Assembly: GCA_049297775.1 (NCBI GenBank)
Contig: JBAQUX010000025.1
Span: 122,835-186,834 of the forward strand
Direction of reading: 5' to 3'
From: Minisyncoccia bacterium
Lineage (GTDB): Bacteria > Patescibacteriota > Minisyncoccia > Phycocordibacterales > UBA2100
DNA length: 64,000 nt
In this document: in pieces, positions 10,311-23,742 of the stretch
Layout: every line of letters begins with the position of its first letter
Position numbering within the stretch: position 1 is the first letter of the stretch
Notes under the pieces: generated by a model
What the model was told of the DNA's origin: nothing
What the model saw: the letters and a program-made list of their open reading frames with translations, nothing else
The model's database searches: none
Translations under genes and position numbers: made by a program

Positions 10311-13274
10311 TTAAAAATCCTTAAAAGTAGAACGGTATGCACGCTCAAGTGATTGCAAAGGAATACGAACAGCTTTTGTAAGACCATTAATCGAGAGTTC
10401 TTTTTTTGTCTGCGTTAGACCAATGTTCGTAAAAGATACACCTTTCATTATTCTTTCAAAATTCTTCACGTTCTTCTTGGGCACGCTTACCAATATTCTA
10501 CCTTGGCTCTCTGCAAAGAATTTTTGTATATCGGTCGTTGCGGAACCGGCAATTTTTTTAATATCTACTCGTGCTCCAAGATTGCCAGCAATGAGCATTT
10601 TTGACAGCGCGACTGCAAAACCTCCCCGAGACACACTGATGGACGATGCGAGTAATTCTTTTGAGATTACCTTTTCGAGAGCACGATACACTCGCACATT
10701 CTTTTTTGCATCAACCTGTGGGACCGCTGTTGCATAGGATACATCTGCATCTGCACTGATCATTCCAAGGTATTCACTTCCTTGGAGTTCATCGTGTGTT
10801 TCTCCAATAAGGTAGAGTACATCTCCTGAAGATTTAGCATCAATTGAAACTGCTCGAGTAACATCTGAAACTACCCCAATAGATGAAATAAGCATGGTTG
10901 GCAATGCAGAAACTGCAACTGGTGAGCCTGTGGCGTCAAACCCTTTAAAATCATTGAACATACTGTCTTTGCCTGAGATGAACGGCGTACCGTAGGCAAC
11001 CGCATAGTCATGACAACCTCGAATTGTTTCTTTAAGTTGATAGAGGCGCTCTGGATCATTCCCTTTGCACCAACAACAGTTATCAAGTATCGCCAATGTA
11101 TCCAAAGTACCCCCTGCGGCTACAATGCCACGAATTGCCGTATCAACTACCGCGCCCGCCATTTTATACGCGTCATGTTCTGTGTATGTCGGTAAGCACC
11201 CTGAAGAAAGGGCGACGCCTTTCTTTGAAGTTAACAAGGGCTTGGTAATCGTAGTATCAGCATTTACTTGCCCCTTGCCTTGTAAGGGTTTAAGTACTGA
11301 ACCGCCTTGCACTTCTGCATCGTATTGTCTCGCGATATATGCAGTACTTGCGATTGATGGTCGTGCCAAGATGTTGAGCAATTCTTTAGAAAGATTTTTT
11401 GTTGTAGGTACAGGACGTCGCATCTCTGTCCGCTGTGGAATACTAGAGATTTGATGTTTCGCTTTTCTTCCGTTATGAAGAAACTCAAGTGACATGTCAA
11501 CGATTTTTTCCCCGTGAGAAGTAACAACACATCGTCCACTATTGGTAAACGTTCCGATGACTGCAGATTCTACCCCGCGAGAAATGAGTAGCTTTTGCAA
11601 TTCCTCCAATGATTCCTTTGGGACTGCGAGAGTCATGCGCTCTTGAGATTCTGATATCCATATCTGCCATGCTGAGAGTCCTGGATATTTCAGCAGAACT
11701 GCATCAAGATCTACTTCACAGCCATCACATTCTTTTGCCATTTCAGCAACCGAACATGAAATACCACCTGCACCATTGTCGGTAATACTCGTAAACAACC
11801 CTCTGTCACGGGCCTCCTTCACAAGAGTGTCACTCATCTTTTTTTGGGTTATCGGGTCTCCAATTTGCACTGCGGTAGCTGGACTGTGAGAATCGAGGGT
11901 TACCGAAGAAAACGTTGCGCCGTGGATACCATCTTGTCCGACTCGCCCACCACACACGAGAATATAGTCGCCCGGTCGCGCTTGTTTTTCATGAGCTAAT
12001 TTTTTGCCAATTTTTTTTGGTATCAAACCTACATTACCAACAAATACCAGAGGCTTACCCCGAAAACGCGGGTGCGTGAGGACAAATCCTTGTGGTGTTG
12101 GTATTCCTGAGCAGTTCCCGCCAACATTTACACCCTGCACAATACCATCAAGTATTCTTCGTGCCGAAAGAAGTGGTGATTGCAACTGTGAGTCTCTGAA
12201 AAACTTGCTTGTATCTCGGGGGTCAGCTACGCAATATCCATACAAGTTAATGACCGGTTTTGCACCCAAGCCAAAACCCATAGTGTCTCTATTCACACCC
12301 ACAATGCCGGTAATTGCACCCCCAAACGGGTCGAGTGCTGACGGACTATTATGCGTCTCAACTTTATGAGTTACGAGGTAATCTTTATCAAAAACAATAG
12401 CTCCTGCGTTATCAGAAAATACAGACACGCAAAAATCTTTTTTTCCCTTCGCGCTACGTATCTTTTTTGTAGCTCCCTTTATGTACGTTCTGTACAGACC
12501 ATCTACTAAATCATCAAGTGGGTCCGAGAAAATAGTGTGCTTACAATGTTCGGACCATGTCTGGGCAATCGATTCAAGTTCAATATCAGTAGGGTTTCTC
12601 TCCTCTTTTTTAAAGTAGTCACGAATGGTATGGAGGCTTTCCATATCAAGTGCAAGCGGTCCGCGACGTGTGCCGTCATTGTTTTCTATACCCATTTTAC
12701 CAATCAATTGCAATTGCGTATCATCGATTGCAAGGTCAACGGTAGTTACTTTCGGGACAGCACCAAGCTGTACCTTTGGAACATATTTTTTTTCGTAGTG
12801 AGCATGCCATTCTTCAAACGATACAACTTGTCCACGCTCAATGAGAGGATTATGCATCGCGAGTGAAATTTTTTCTGCTTCATCTCGGGTTAGTTTTCCG
12901 GTGATGAAGTGGACTTGCGATGTATAGACAAGAGCATCATCATTCAGTGGCGTATCAATAAGCGTGCGCATGCTCTCACGTGCAGTTGCACCAACCGTGT
13001 CAGTAACACCAGGAAGAAACCCTATTTCAATAGCGTACGTGAATTTTTTTGGCGCAAGCGTATATGTAGACGAAACATTTTCTGAAGACGGCTCAGCAAG
13101 TAGTCGTTGAATGCGAGTAAGTGCTGTAGCGGATGGTTCAAAGTCGAGTGTGTAGGCATCGATAAGTTCAAGTGAAGAGATACCACTACCAACACCTGCA
13201 TTCCTCAGAAAATCCCTTTTTACTCGTGCGCGCGTGTCCGCATATTTTGGTGATACCTCAATGCGAATAGTCAT
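10311..13274 (-). CDS. purL: FGAM synthase large subunit with an N-terminal PurS-like extension (PurS-PurL fusion, 987 aa, no glutaminase domain)
   Basis: PurM-like repeat domains (SEHCKHTIF, GDYILVCGGRVGQDGIHGATFSS, ...) preceded by ~230 aa with a PurS-like beta-alpha-beta-beta-alpha-beta pattern; purQ is a separate gene. Confidence 0.85.
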   Translation of the reverse strand: MTIRIEVSPKYADTRARVKRDFLRNAGVGSGISSLELIDAYTLDFEPSATALTRIQRLLAEPSSENVSSTYTLAPKKFTYAIEIGFLPGVTDTVGATARESMRTLIDTPLNDDALVYTSQVHFITGKLTRDEAEKISLAMHNPLIERGQVVSFEEWHAHYEKKYVPKVQLGAVPKVTTVDLAIDDTQLQLIGKMGIENNDGTRRGPLALDMESLHTIRDYFKKEERNPTDIELESIAQTWSEHCKHTIFSDPLDDLVDGLYRTYIKGATKKIRSAKGKKDFCVSVFSDNAGAIVFDKDYLVTHKVETHNSPSALDPFGGAITGIVGVNRDTMGFGLGAKPVINLYGYCVADPRDTSKFFRDSQLQSPLLSARRILDGIVQGVNVGGNCSGIPTPQGFVLTHPRFRGKPLVFVGNVGLIPKKIGKKLAHEKQARPGDYILVCGGRVGQDGIHGATFSSVTLDSHSPATAVQIGDPITQKKMSDTLVKEARDRGLFTSITDNGAGGISCSVAEMAKECDGCEVDLDAVLLKYPGLSAWQIWISESQERMTLAVPKESLEELQKLLISRGVESAVIGTFTNSGRCVVTSHGEKIVDMSLEFLHNGRKAKHQISSIPQRTEMRRPVPTTKNLSKELLNILARPSIASTAYIARQYDAEVQGGSVLKPLQGKGQVNADTTITKPLLTSKKGVALSSGCLPTYTEHDAYKMAGAVVDTAIRGIVAAGGTLDTLAILDNCCWCKGNDPERLYQLKETIRGCHDYAVAYGTPFISGKDSMFNDFKGFDATGSPVAVSALPTMLISSIGVVSDVTRAVSIDAKSSGDVLYLIGETHDELQGSEYLGMISADADVSYATAVPQVDAKKNVRVYRALEKVISKELLASSISVSRGGFAVALSKMLIAGNLGARVDIKKIAGSATTDIQKFFAESQGRILVSVPKKNVKNFERIMKGVSFTNIGLTQTKKELSINGLTKAVRIPLQSLERAYRSTFKDF

Positions 13275-13303
13275 AGGGCAATGGTATCACTCTCCAAAAA
13301 TAA

Positions 13304-14110
13304 TTACCAGCGTGGCCACCAAAAATGTACTAGGCCGAGCAAAGACCTTCTTCTGCCGATTTTTGTACGTTTAATTGAGAGCGCTACTGCATGTGAACCG
13401 AGTGCATGCCCCACCTTTTCTGACAGTGTGCGCATGTAGGCCCCGCTTCCCGACACGACACGTATACGTACTATTGGAAATTGCATATCCGTATCCTTTA
13501 ACAATGCATGCCATTTGAGCAGAATTTCTTTTCTGCGAAAGTCGTTTCCGAGCACTTTAGTTGAAGCCGTTACCGTCGTAATAAGTGATATCTTTTTTTC
13601 TATATACTCCATAAGTTTTTCACTATGCACCGCATCTACGCCAAGATATTCAAGTTCGTGAATACGCGTATCTGTTTTAGGTATTTCAATTTCATGCAAC
13701 TTCCCTTCAAGTGCCCACACAAAGAGTGGCTTGCCATTTACTGGTTTTGAAGAGTACGGAGGAAACGGCCAAGGGAATCTCCCAATAAAGCCCTTCAGCA
13801 CTCTTTTTAGTTGCACAGTGGGTGGCAATTCTGGGATATCTTCGAGTGTTGCCATACCAAGAACATCAGCAGTGTCAGTGCGTACTCCAAGCAAAATTTC
13901 TACCTCATACTCCTTATCAAGATTTCTGTAGAACTCTACTTGCTTACACTCATCTCCCACCAAGACCAAAATTTTTCCTTCTGCCATAGGATCAAGTCGT
14001 CCCGCATATGCAAGCGGCACATCATGTAAAATGACATGGTCGAAACGAAAACGCTGCAATGCTTCCAACGGGGTTTCTCCAATGTTCTTATACACTACTC
14101 CTGTTTTCAT
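13304..14110 (-). CDS. truB: tRNA pseudouridine synthase, TruB family
   Basis: Motif AYAGRLDPMAEGKILVLVG matches the catalytic xGTLDPxAxGvL region; 268 aa. Confidence 0.65.
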   Translation of the reverse strand: MKTGVVYKNIGETPLEALQRFRFDHVILHDVPLAYAGRLDPMAEGKILVLVGDECKQVEFYRNLDKEYEVEILLGVRTDTADVLGMATLEDIPELPPTVQLKRVLKGFIGRFPWPFPPYSSKPVNGKPLFVWALEGKLHEIEIPKTDTRIHELEYLGVDAVHSEKLMEYIEKKISLITTVTASTKVLGNDFRRKEILLKWHALLKDTDMQFPIVRIRVVSGSGAYMRTLSEKVGHALGSHAVALSIKRTKIGRRRSLLGLVHFWWPRW

Positions 14111-14125
14111 TTTTTTAGTCTACCT

Positions 14126-14440
14126 TTATTTGCCAATTTTCGCGAGCGCATCAAAAGAGTCGCTTTTGTGAGTACGATTTCTTTTTTTGTGACCACATTT
14201 TTCGCAGGTGTTTACCAGTATCCACTCACCTTTTTCAATTTCTGCACCTGTCGGCTTCATCATCCCTCCACATTCAGACATTCTATCTCCTGGATAGACA
14301 TCTACGTGTTTACTCCATAGACATTTTGGGCAATGATTAGTATAGCCATCACCTTTCACTGCTGTTGCGCAGTGCTCGCACACAAAATCCTCCTTCATGC
14401 GAACAAATGTTTTAGGGGTGAGATTACTACTCATACTCAA
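14126..14440 (-). CDS. RNHCP-domain zinc-ribbon protein
   Basis: CEHC...YTNHCPKC...CEKCGH: eight cysteines including the diagnostic (R/T)NHCP motif. The start may be internal (MKEDFVCEHC) because the track ORF overlaps the guaA 3' end. Confidence 0.6.
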   Translation of the reverse strand: MSMSSNLTPKTFVRMKEDFVCEHCATAVKGDGYTNHCPKCLWSKHVDVYPGDRMSECGGMMKPTGAEIEKGEWILVNTCEKCGHKKRNRTHKSDSFDALAKIGK

Positions 14441-15956
14441 TCGTTGCTGGTGGCTTTTGTGTCACATCGTAGAGCACACGGTTAACCCCCCGCACTTTTC
14501 CGATAATTGCACTTGATATTTTCTCTAGTAACTCATGAGGCATTTTGTGCCAATCGGCAGTCATGCCATCTACAGAATCTACGGCGCGTAATGCAAGAAC
14601 ATATTCATAGGTTCGCGCATCACCCATGACACCTACCACTTTAAGAGGTAGAAGTGCCGCAAATGCTTGCCAAATTTTTTCGTACTCACCAAACTTCTTG
14701 AGCTCGTCGAGATACACCGCATCTGCTTCCTGAAGGATACGTACACGCTCAGGTGTTACTTCGCCAACAATACGAATCGCAAGTCCCGGTCCCGGAAACG
14801 GATGTCGATACACCAATTCTCTTGGTAGTCCGAGTGCCATGCCTACTTGGCGCACCTCATCTTTGTATAAATCCTTAAGTGGCTCAAGTACTTTGAGTTT
14901 CATTTTTTCTGGTAGCGCAAGGTTATGATGAGTTTTTATTTTTGACGCCGTTTTTGAAGGTGCCGCAGACTCAATACGGTCAGGATATATTGTTCCTTGC
15001 GCAAGATAGGTAATATTATATTTTGCCTTCATCTCTTCAACCTCTTTTTCAAAAATTTCTATAAATGCATGCCCGATAATCTTGCGCTTTTCCTCCGGGT
15101 CAGTAACGCCTTTTAAACGAGAAAGATACATCTCTCCCGCACTGACTACTTTCAATGTTTTAAATCCATTTTTCTTGAGATAACTCGCAACTTGAGCAAC
15201 CTCATCTTTTCGCAGAAGCCCGGTATCAACAAAAAGTCCATGCATGCGATTACCAATTGCTTCATGCAGTAACGTTGCAGCGACAAGCGAGTCAACACCG
15301 CCAGAAAGTGCAACGAGGACATGTTCCTTGCCTACTTCATTTCGTATATCATGTACGATAGATTTTGCGACAGAATTAATCTGCCAATTTTTTTTTGCTT
15401 TACAGATCGTACGTACGAAATTTTTAAAAATTTGCTCACCATATTCAGTATGCGAAACCTCTGGATGAAATTGTAATCCAAATATTTTTTGCTTTTCGTC
15501 GGCGTACACTGCGTGGGCACATGCTTTTGTAGACGCATTCGTCGTAAATCCATCTGGAAGTTTTGACACCTGATCACCGTGAGAGAACCACACAATCTGC
15601 TTTTTTGGCACTTTGGCGAGAAGTGCCGTTGCCTTTTTTGTAACGACAATTTCTTTCCCAAATTCATGGTGGATACCTTTTACAACGATACCTCCCAACA
15701 TATCAGCAATAAGCTGATGCCCATAACAAATACCGAGTACAGGGATACCAAGAGTGAGGAGTGCATCTTCAGCGCGTGGGCCACCTTCTATAACTGACGA
15801 GGGACCACCAGAAAAAATTATTCCTATTGCGCCCATTTCATGAACTTCTCGTGCCGTAATAGTATGCGGAACAATTTCTGCTTTCACTCCAAGCGCACGA
15901 ACTCGTCTTGCAATTAAATGCGCAAATTGACTACCGAAATTGAGTATAAGAATCAT
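14427..15956 (-). CDS. guaA: GMP synthase (glutamine-hydrolysing)
   Basis: N-terminal GATase (ILILNFGSQFAHLIARRV...CYGHQL), ATP-PPase SGGVDS motif, and C-terminal dimerisation domain ending ...PPATIEYE. Confidence 0.92.
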   Translation of the reverse strand: MILILNFGSQFAHLIARRVRALGVKAEIVPHTITAREVHEMGAIGIIFSGGPSSVIEGGPRAEDALLTLGIPVLGICYGHQLIADMLGGIVVKGIHHEFGKEIVVTKKATALLAKVPKKQIVWFSHGDQVSKLPDGFTTNASTKACAHAVYADEKQKIFGLQFHPEVSHTEYGEQIFKNFVRTICKAKKNWQINSVAKSIVHDIRNEVGKEHVLVALSGGVDSLVAATLLHEAIGNRMHGLFVDTGLLRKDEVAQVASYLKKNGFKTLKVVSAGEMYLSRLKGVTDPEEKRKIIGHAFIEIFEKEVEEMKAKYNITYLAQGTIYPDRIESAAPSKTASKIKTHHNLALPEKMKLKVLEPLKDLYKDEVRQVGMALGLPRELVYRHPFPGPGLAIRIVGEVTPERVRILQEADAVYLDELKKFGEYEKIWQAFAALLPLKVVGVMGDARTYEYVLALRAVDSVDGMTADWHKMPHELLEKISSAIIGKVRGVNRVLYDVTQKPPATIEYE

Positions 15957-16024
15957 ACTGTGTGTAAGTGTACATATAGCATAGCGCGCTAAACGCGAAA
16001 AGCTACCTGAGACAGAAAGGATTA

Positions 16025-16261
16025 CTAAATTAGAATCGAGGCAACGCTATTTGACACCTCAAGTACGCCTTGAGTTACAGGAAAGGTAAATTTTTCTTTT
16101 CCAACAGTCACAGTAACTACGCCTGACTTAAGTGTCGTAATAAGTGGTTCGTGGTTTGCAAGAATTCCCATTTCTCCACCTGTTCCTGGTACAAGCACAC
16201 TATCTGCCGTCCCGTCAAAAAGGGTGTCACTTACAGTTGCGATGGTGACGTGCAAACTCAT
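16025..16261 (-). CDS. atpC: ATP synthase F1 epsilon subunit, beta-sandwich domain only (78 aa)
   Basis: Last gene of the atp operon; the sequence matches the N-terminal domain of epsilon, and the C-terminal helical hairpin is absent. Confidence 0.75.
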   Translation of the reverse strand: MSLHVTIATVSDTLFDGTADSVLVPGTGGEMGILANHEPLITTLKSGVVTVTVGKEKFTFPVTQGVLEVSNSVASILI

Positions 16262-16263
16262 GG

Positions 16264-18578
<2,315 letters not shown>

Positions 18579-18603
18579 TTTCTAATGATTAGTTACTCGT
18601 AGA

Positions 18604-20166
18604 CTATTTAAGCAATTCTGGGTGTGAGTCGCGGAAAGTTCCGAACACATTATCAAGGCGCTTCTTGGTCTCATCCTCAAGCTTAGTACTGTCCTTAATT
18701 ACAGTAAGGATATCAGCGTGCTGACCTTCCATAAATTCTACAAGCTTTATTTCCATTGGGCGCACGTTCGTTACTGGCATGTTGCCAAAGACTCCTGTAA
18801 TCGCTGCGTACAGTACAACCACTTGTGATTCAAATGACATAGGCTTGCCGTTTGATTGCTTGAGTGCTTCAACCATACGACGACCTGAATCAATACGCTT
18901 TGATGTTGCCTCGTCGAGATCTTGAGCAAATTGCATAAATGCTTCAAGTTCGCGGAACTGCGCGAGCTCAAGACGAAGTGTACCTGCAACACCTTTCATA
19001 GCTTTTGTTTGCGCAGAAGAACCGACGCGAGAAACTGAAAGTCCTACGTCAATCGCCGGACGAATACCCTTGTTGAAGAGCCCTGCATCCAAGAAAATTT
19101 GACCATCAGTGATTGAGATGACGTTTGTAGGAATGTACGCAGAGACGTCACCTTCTTGAGTCTCAATAATTGGGAGTGCTGTAAGTGAACCAGCTCCTTT
19201 TGCGTCAGAAAGTTTTGCAGCTCGCTCAAGAAGACGTGAGTGTAAGTAGAAAATATCTCCCGGATATGCTTCGCGTCCCGGTGGTCGGCGCAACAAGAGA
19301 GAAAGTTCACGATATGCAACCGCCTGCTTTGAAAGATCATCATACACCACGAGGGCGTGCATGCCCTTGTCCATAAAATATTCACCAATTGCAGCACCAG
19401 TAAACGGCGCAAGGTATTGCATTGCTGCTGGGGCTGATGCTGGAGCAGAGACGATAACCGTATATTCCATAGCACCTGCCTCTTGTAGCTGTGCCATAAT
19501 GCGCGCTGTTTTACTTTCTTTCTGTCCAACAGCAACATACACACAAATCGGTCGCTTTTCTTTTGGTTCGTTTCTTTGGTTTATGATAGTGTCAATCGCA
19601 ATAGTCGTCTTTCCTGTTGAACGGTCACCGATAATGAGCTCACGCTGACCACGTCCGATTGGAATCATTGAGTCAATTGCTTTGATACCCGTGTGCATTG
19701 GTTCATGCACTGATTTTCTATCCATAACGCCATATGCCTGACGTTCAATTGGCACAAATTTTGGATTTGCGATTGGCCCCTTCGCATCGATTGGCTCAGC
19801 AAGTGCAGAGACGACGCGACCAACTACATTTTCTCCAACAGGAATAGAGAGTACTTTCCCTGTTGATACAACCTTCATACCTTCAGATACACGACTTACC
19901 TCACCCAACACCACCACTTTCACGGTATCTTCTTCCAAGTTTAGAACCAATCCAAAGAGAGTGTCTGTATCGCTCATTGCCTCCTTGAGTGACTTCTTAT
20001 CAGAAGTTTCAAATCGCACCATTTCCATCATCATGGCATTAGTGAGACCTTCAACCTCTGCAACGCCGTCACCAACACGTACAACAGTACCTATTGTTTC
20101 AGCTGTGCCTGTATGCGCAAACTGCGCAATTTCTTTTTTTATTTTTTCTAAAATAATCGTGTCCAT
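18604..20166 (-). CDS. atpA: ATP synthase F1 alpha subunit
   Basis: [15 protein letters not shown] Walker A; 520 aa. Confidence 0.95.
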   Translation of the reverse strand: MDTIILEKIKKEIAQFAHTGTAETIGTVVRVGDGVAEVEGLTNAMMMEMVRFETSDKKSLKEAMSDTDTLFGLVLNLEEDTVKVVVLGEVSRVSEGMKVVSTGKVLSIPVGENVVGRVVSALAEPIDAKGPIANPKFVPIERQAYGVMDRKSVHEPMHTGIKAIDSMIPIGRGQRELIIGDRSTGKTTIAIDTIINQRNEPKEKRPICVYVAVGQKESKTARIMAQLQEAGAMEYTVIVSAPASAPAAMQYLAPFTGAAIGEYFMDKGMHALVVYDDLSKQAVAYRELSLLLRRPPGREAYPGDIFYLHSRLLERAAKLSDAKGAGSLTALPIIETQEGDVSAYIPTNVISITDGQIFLDAGLFNKGIRPAIDVGLSVSRVGSSAQTKAMKGVAGTLRLELAQFRELEAFMQFAQDLDEATSKRIDSGRRMVEALKQSNGKPMSFESQVVVLYAAITGVFGNMPVTNVRPMEIKLVEFMEGQHADILTVIKDSTKLEDETKKRLDNVFGTFRDSHPELLK

Positions 20167-20197
20167 GGTGTGTTATTAATCTTCTAAGGTATGTCTA

Positions 20198-20590
20198 TTA
20201 AATATCTCCATTCGTTATATTTCGATATAAGCGAAGCAATGCCGACTTGTAACTCTGTGATAGGCGTCGGCCCTTATGCTCCACATTAAATCCTCCAATG
20301 AGTGTATCGTCGTATTGAACCTGAATATCATCTGGGGTGATGCCAGGAAATGTGGCGAGTGCCACCTCCACTGCGCGAGAAGTATCTTTTCGCTTCGCAA
20401 CTACAATGCGTGGCAAGTTTCTGTTCTTTACCATAACGATACGCTCATACGCAGTTGCGATGCGAGGCAATAGTCTTGTTGCACCACGTTCCTTTAGGGT
20501 ACGGAGCAAGCCAGCAAAAACAGCATCAGGCTCTTGCCCCGCCATAAGTTGGTCACTGACTGCGTGTGCTACTGTCTCGGCATCCATCAT
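20198..20590 (-). CDS. atpH: ATP synthase delta (OSCP) subunit, short form (130 aa)
   Basis: Its position between atpF and atpA, and a C-terminal region ...IQVQYDDTLIGGFNVEHKGRRLSQSYKSALLRL that matches the OSCP C-domain; the N-terminal domain is reduced. Confidence 0.75.
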   Translation of the reverse strand: MMDAETVAHAVSDQLMAGQEPDAVFAGLLRTLKERGATRLLPRIATAYERIVMVKNRNLPRIVVAKRKDTSRAVEVALATFPGITPDDIQVQYDDTLIGGFNVEHKGRRLSQSYKSALLRLYRNITNGDI

Positions 20591-20596
20591 ACTACA

Positions 20597-21067
20597 TTAT
20601 TTAGTTACGCTTTTTACAGACTCTTTTTCACCGCGCAAGACCTTTTCGGCTACAAGAATTGCTGCTTTTGCAATCTCTTCTCTACTCTCGCGTAGAGCCT
20701 TATCCTTTGTCTCTTGGGCACGGAGTGCCGCATCGTTTGTTAGTGATTGCGCACGCTTTTCAGCATCAGTAACAATGAGCGCACCTTTTTCCTCTGCACG
20801 GAGTGCCGCTTTAGCAACGATTTGCTCACCAGTGAGTGACGCTTCGGCAATAACAGCTTTTCTTTCGATTTCTGCATCAGCATTTTTTTTCGCGGCCGCT
20901 TCAGCATCTGCGATTCCCTGTGCGATTTTTTGCTTTCTCTCTTCAAGCATTCCCATAACTGGCTTAAACAAGAAATATTTAAGCGCAACGAGAAGCACGC
21001 CGAAGTTAACCATCTGAATAATCAGAAGTCCCCAGTTCAGCCCAAATGTACTAATAAGCTCTCCCAT
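20597..21067 (-). CDS. atpF: ATP synthase Fo b subunit
   Basis: N-terminal TM helix followed by a long charged alanine-rich helix (AEAAAKKNADAEIERKA...). Confidence 0.88.
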   Translation of the reverse strand: MGELISTFGLNWGLLIIQMVNFGVLLVALKYFLFKPVMGMLEERKQKIAQGIADAEAAAKKNADAEIERKAVIAEASLTGEQIVAKAALRAEEKGALIVTDAEKRAQSLTNDAALRAQETKDKALRESREEIAKAAILVAEKVLRGEKESVKSVTK

Positions 21068-21075
21068 ACGTAGTA

Positions 21076-21312
<237 letters not shown>

Positions 21313-21381
21313 TTAACTTTTAATAATTAATTGCGCGAACTCTATCACAGAGACGCACTACTATCTACCGCACGGTAAACA

Positions 21382-22296
21382 CTAGTGCACCTCCGTTGTC
21401 GCCAGTTTTATAAAGAACAAGGTCAGCAACATAAATATTGCTCCCTGAACCACACCAACGAACATTTCAAACGCCATGAGTGGTACCGGAAGAATGTACG
21501 GTACAAAGTACGTGACGACACCTATCAAAACCTCTCCCGCGAAAATATTTCCAAACAAACGGAAGCTAAACGATACAACACGAGCCAACTCACCTACCAA
21601 TTCAACAATACCCACGAAAAAGTTGACTGGGGATGAGAAGTTAACGAACTTACTCATGTAGTGCCAAAAACCGAGGGCAACGATACCCGCTGCTTCAATA
21701 ACCACAACGACAATAATCGTCAGTGCGAGGGTTGAATTAAGGTCTGTGTTTATACTTCTGAAAAGTGGAATAAATTCATGTCCCTTATAGAAACCGACAG
21801 AGCCGACGCCTGGTATAAATTCTGCAAGGTTAGAAATGGCCACGAACAGGAATATACTCATGAGAAGAGGGAAATATCTTTTTGCGAGTTGCGCATCTTC
21901 AAGTGTTGCAGATACAAAACTTTCAACATATGAAAATATTTCTTCCATAAGCAATTGAATCTTTCCCGGAACCATCTTTACTGAACGTCCAATGAGCCAT
22001 CCGAAAAATATAAGTGCAGAGGACACAACGAGTGACGTGACGAGCGTGTTAGTTACAGGTATCCCCATCCACGTTCCCAATTGTTCCGCTTTAAGTGCAA
22101 CGTGTATGCCACCTTCTTTGTGCGCTGGTTCAGTTACATGCGTAGCGGTAGCATTGTGTTCATCGATAGGTGCAACGAGTGCCTGGGCACCAGTAGTGGT
22201 ATCCGGTGCATGTACTACACCATCACGTTCGGTTGGCAAAACATACGCTACATGTCCGGTTGTTTGTTCCATAAAATCGGGATAAACATAGCACAA
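21382..22296 (-). CDS. atpB: ATP synthase Fo a subunit (with an unusual ~100-aa N-terminal extension, or a later true start)
   Basis: The C-terminal two-thirds is polytopic with a conserved Arg-containing helix (FSFRLFGNIFAGEVL); it is the first gene of the atpBEFHAGDC order. Confidence 0.85.
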   Translation of the reverse strand: MCYVYPDFMEQTTGHVAYVLPTERDGVVHAPDTTTGAQALVAPIDEHNATATHVTEPAHKEGGIHVALKAEQLGTWMGIPVTNTLVTSLVVSSALIFFGWLIGRSVKMVPGKIQLLMEEIFSYVESFVSATLEDAQLAKRYFPLLMSIFLFVAISNLAEFIPGVGSVGFYKGHEFIPLFRSINTDLNSTLALTIIVVVVIEAAGIVALGFWHYMSKFVNFSSPVNFFVGIVELVGELARVVSFSFRLFGNIFAGEVLIGVVTYFVPYILPVPLMAFEMFVGVVQGAIFMLLTLFFIKLATTEVH

Positions 22297-22363
22297 ACTG
22301 TAGCTTTTGTGTAGTGGCGCTATACAAAAAAATAGTGTCTAGTATCTAAGCCTCTATGTAAGG

Positions 22364-23053
22364 CTATTTCTGTAACGAAGCGGTAACACGAGCAAAATCT
22401 GCAGCGTCGGTTATTTGTGTCCAGTCATGACTCGGCACAAGTTTTACAGGCGTTGTGCGTGCCATCGTAACAATAGTTTGTGGAAGGCCAAATTCTGCAC
22501 CATCTTTAATTGCAACAAGTGGGTAGTTAAAAATCTCAGGCGTAAGTACATAGACAGCAGCATTTACATATCCCTGCCCTTCAGTATGAGTTCCTTCAAG
22601 AACAGCGGTCAGCTCTTGCGATTCGTTCATTACCATCTTCCCTCCGGTAAACGTGCCTGCAACCGCTTTAACCAAAATGCCATTATCTCCGGCACCGAGG
22701 AGTGCAGTAATATCTCGTGACGAATGTAAATCGTCAGCCATCATCACCATAAATCGTCCCGAGAGTAACTTTTGACACTCAAACAGTGCATGTCCTGTGC
22801 CGAGAGGTTTTTCTTGAACTACATATCGTATACGTCGTCCCTCAAAAAAATCACCGAAATAGTCCATGATTGATTCTTTCAGATACCCGACAACAAGAAT
22901 AACCTCGTCTACGTCTTGAGGGAGCACGGCAAGAATATGCTCGATGATTGTTTTGCCGTCGATTTTCAACATCGGTTTTGGCACATGCTCTGTGAGTGGA
23001 CGCATGCGTTTCCCTTCTCCTGCAGCAAGTATGACAATTTGCATAAGTGGCAT
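22364..23053 (-). CDS. Sugar-phosphate nucleotidyltransferase (NTP_transferase family)
   Basis: VILAAGEGKRMRPLT...KPLGTGHAL signature of NDP-sugar pyrophosphorylases. Confidence 0.8.
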   Translation of the reverse strand: MPLMQIVILAAGEGKRMRPLTEHVPKPMLKIDGKTIIEHILAVLPQDVDEVILVVGYLKESIMDYFGDFFEGRRIRYVVQEKPLGTGHALFECQKLLSGRFMVMMADDLHSSRDITALLGAGDNGILVKAVAGTFTGGKMVMNESQELTAVLEGTHTEGQGYVNAAVYVLTPEIFNYPLVAIKDGAEFGLPQTIVTMARTTPVKLVPSHDWTQITDAADFARVTASLQK

Positions 23054-23085
23054 TTATAGCACAACACACATATTGAGCAAAAGAT

Positions 23086-23640
23086 TTATATATATGCAGA
23101 AAATGAATGACGAACAGGTATATCATGTGACTCTCGTGGCAATTTTTCTGCAAACGCGAAATCGGGTACGACGCACAGTGTTGAGAGTGCGCTTCGAGAT
23201 GAAAGAAATTTGTCATAGTACCCTTTGCCATGGCCAAGTCGTACACCCTCCCTACTTAATGCGAGTGCTGGCACGAACATACATGCGGTACTCACATCTT
23301 CGTCCCAGACAACCGCAGATACTTCCGGCTCTTGAATCCCAAATGTCCCCGTACTCAATTCGCTGAGTGCGGTGACGTGGTGGAAAGTCATTGACCCATC
23401 TACAACAGATATGCGAGGAAAGTAATACTGCTTATTAGGAAATGCATGCATGATGAACGCTATGTAGGGTATTTCAAATCGATTGAGAGGTGCAAATGCA
23501 AGCACGTGTGCTGCACGCAAAAAATCAGGTGCATGGGTGAGTAATTCGAAAGCGTGAACGGTGTAGGCACAAATGTCCTTTTTTTTGTACATATCAATGT
23601 ACATCGTTCTTAACTGTTCTTTTTCCATGATAGTAGTCAC
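23086..23640 (-). CDS. 5-formyltetrahydrofolate cyclo-ligase
   Basis: GVRLGHGKGYYDKFL motif characteristic of MTHFS/YgfA. Confidence 0.8.
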   Translation of the reverse strand: MTTIMEKEQLRTMYIDMYKKKDICAYTVHAFELLTHAPDFLRAAHVLAFAPLNRFEIPYIAFIMHAFPNKQYYFPRISVVDGSMTFHHVTALSELSTGTFGIQEPEVSAVVWDEDVSTACMFVPALALSREGVRLGHGKGYYDKFLSSRSALSTLCVVPDFAFAEKLPRESHDIPVRHSFSAYI

Positions 23641-23742
23641 TGTACCATTGTATCTGATTGCGTATAGTGCATTTTGAAGACAGCACTAGATACAACAGCG
23701 AAATACGTGATACATTATAGGTATACTTAATAAATAGTTACT

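Noticed and set aside
20337-21017. 226-aa plus-strand ORF
   Set aside because: Antisense to atpH and atpF; the Ala/Ser-rich translation is typical of the reverse strand of an Ala/Lys-rich gene.
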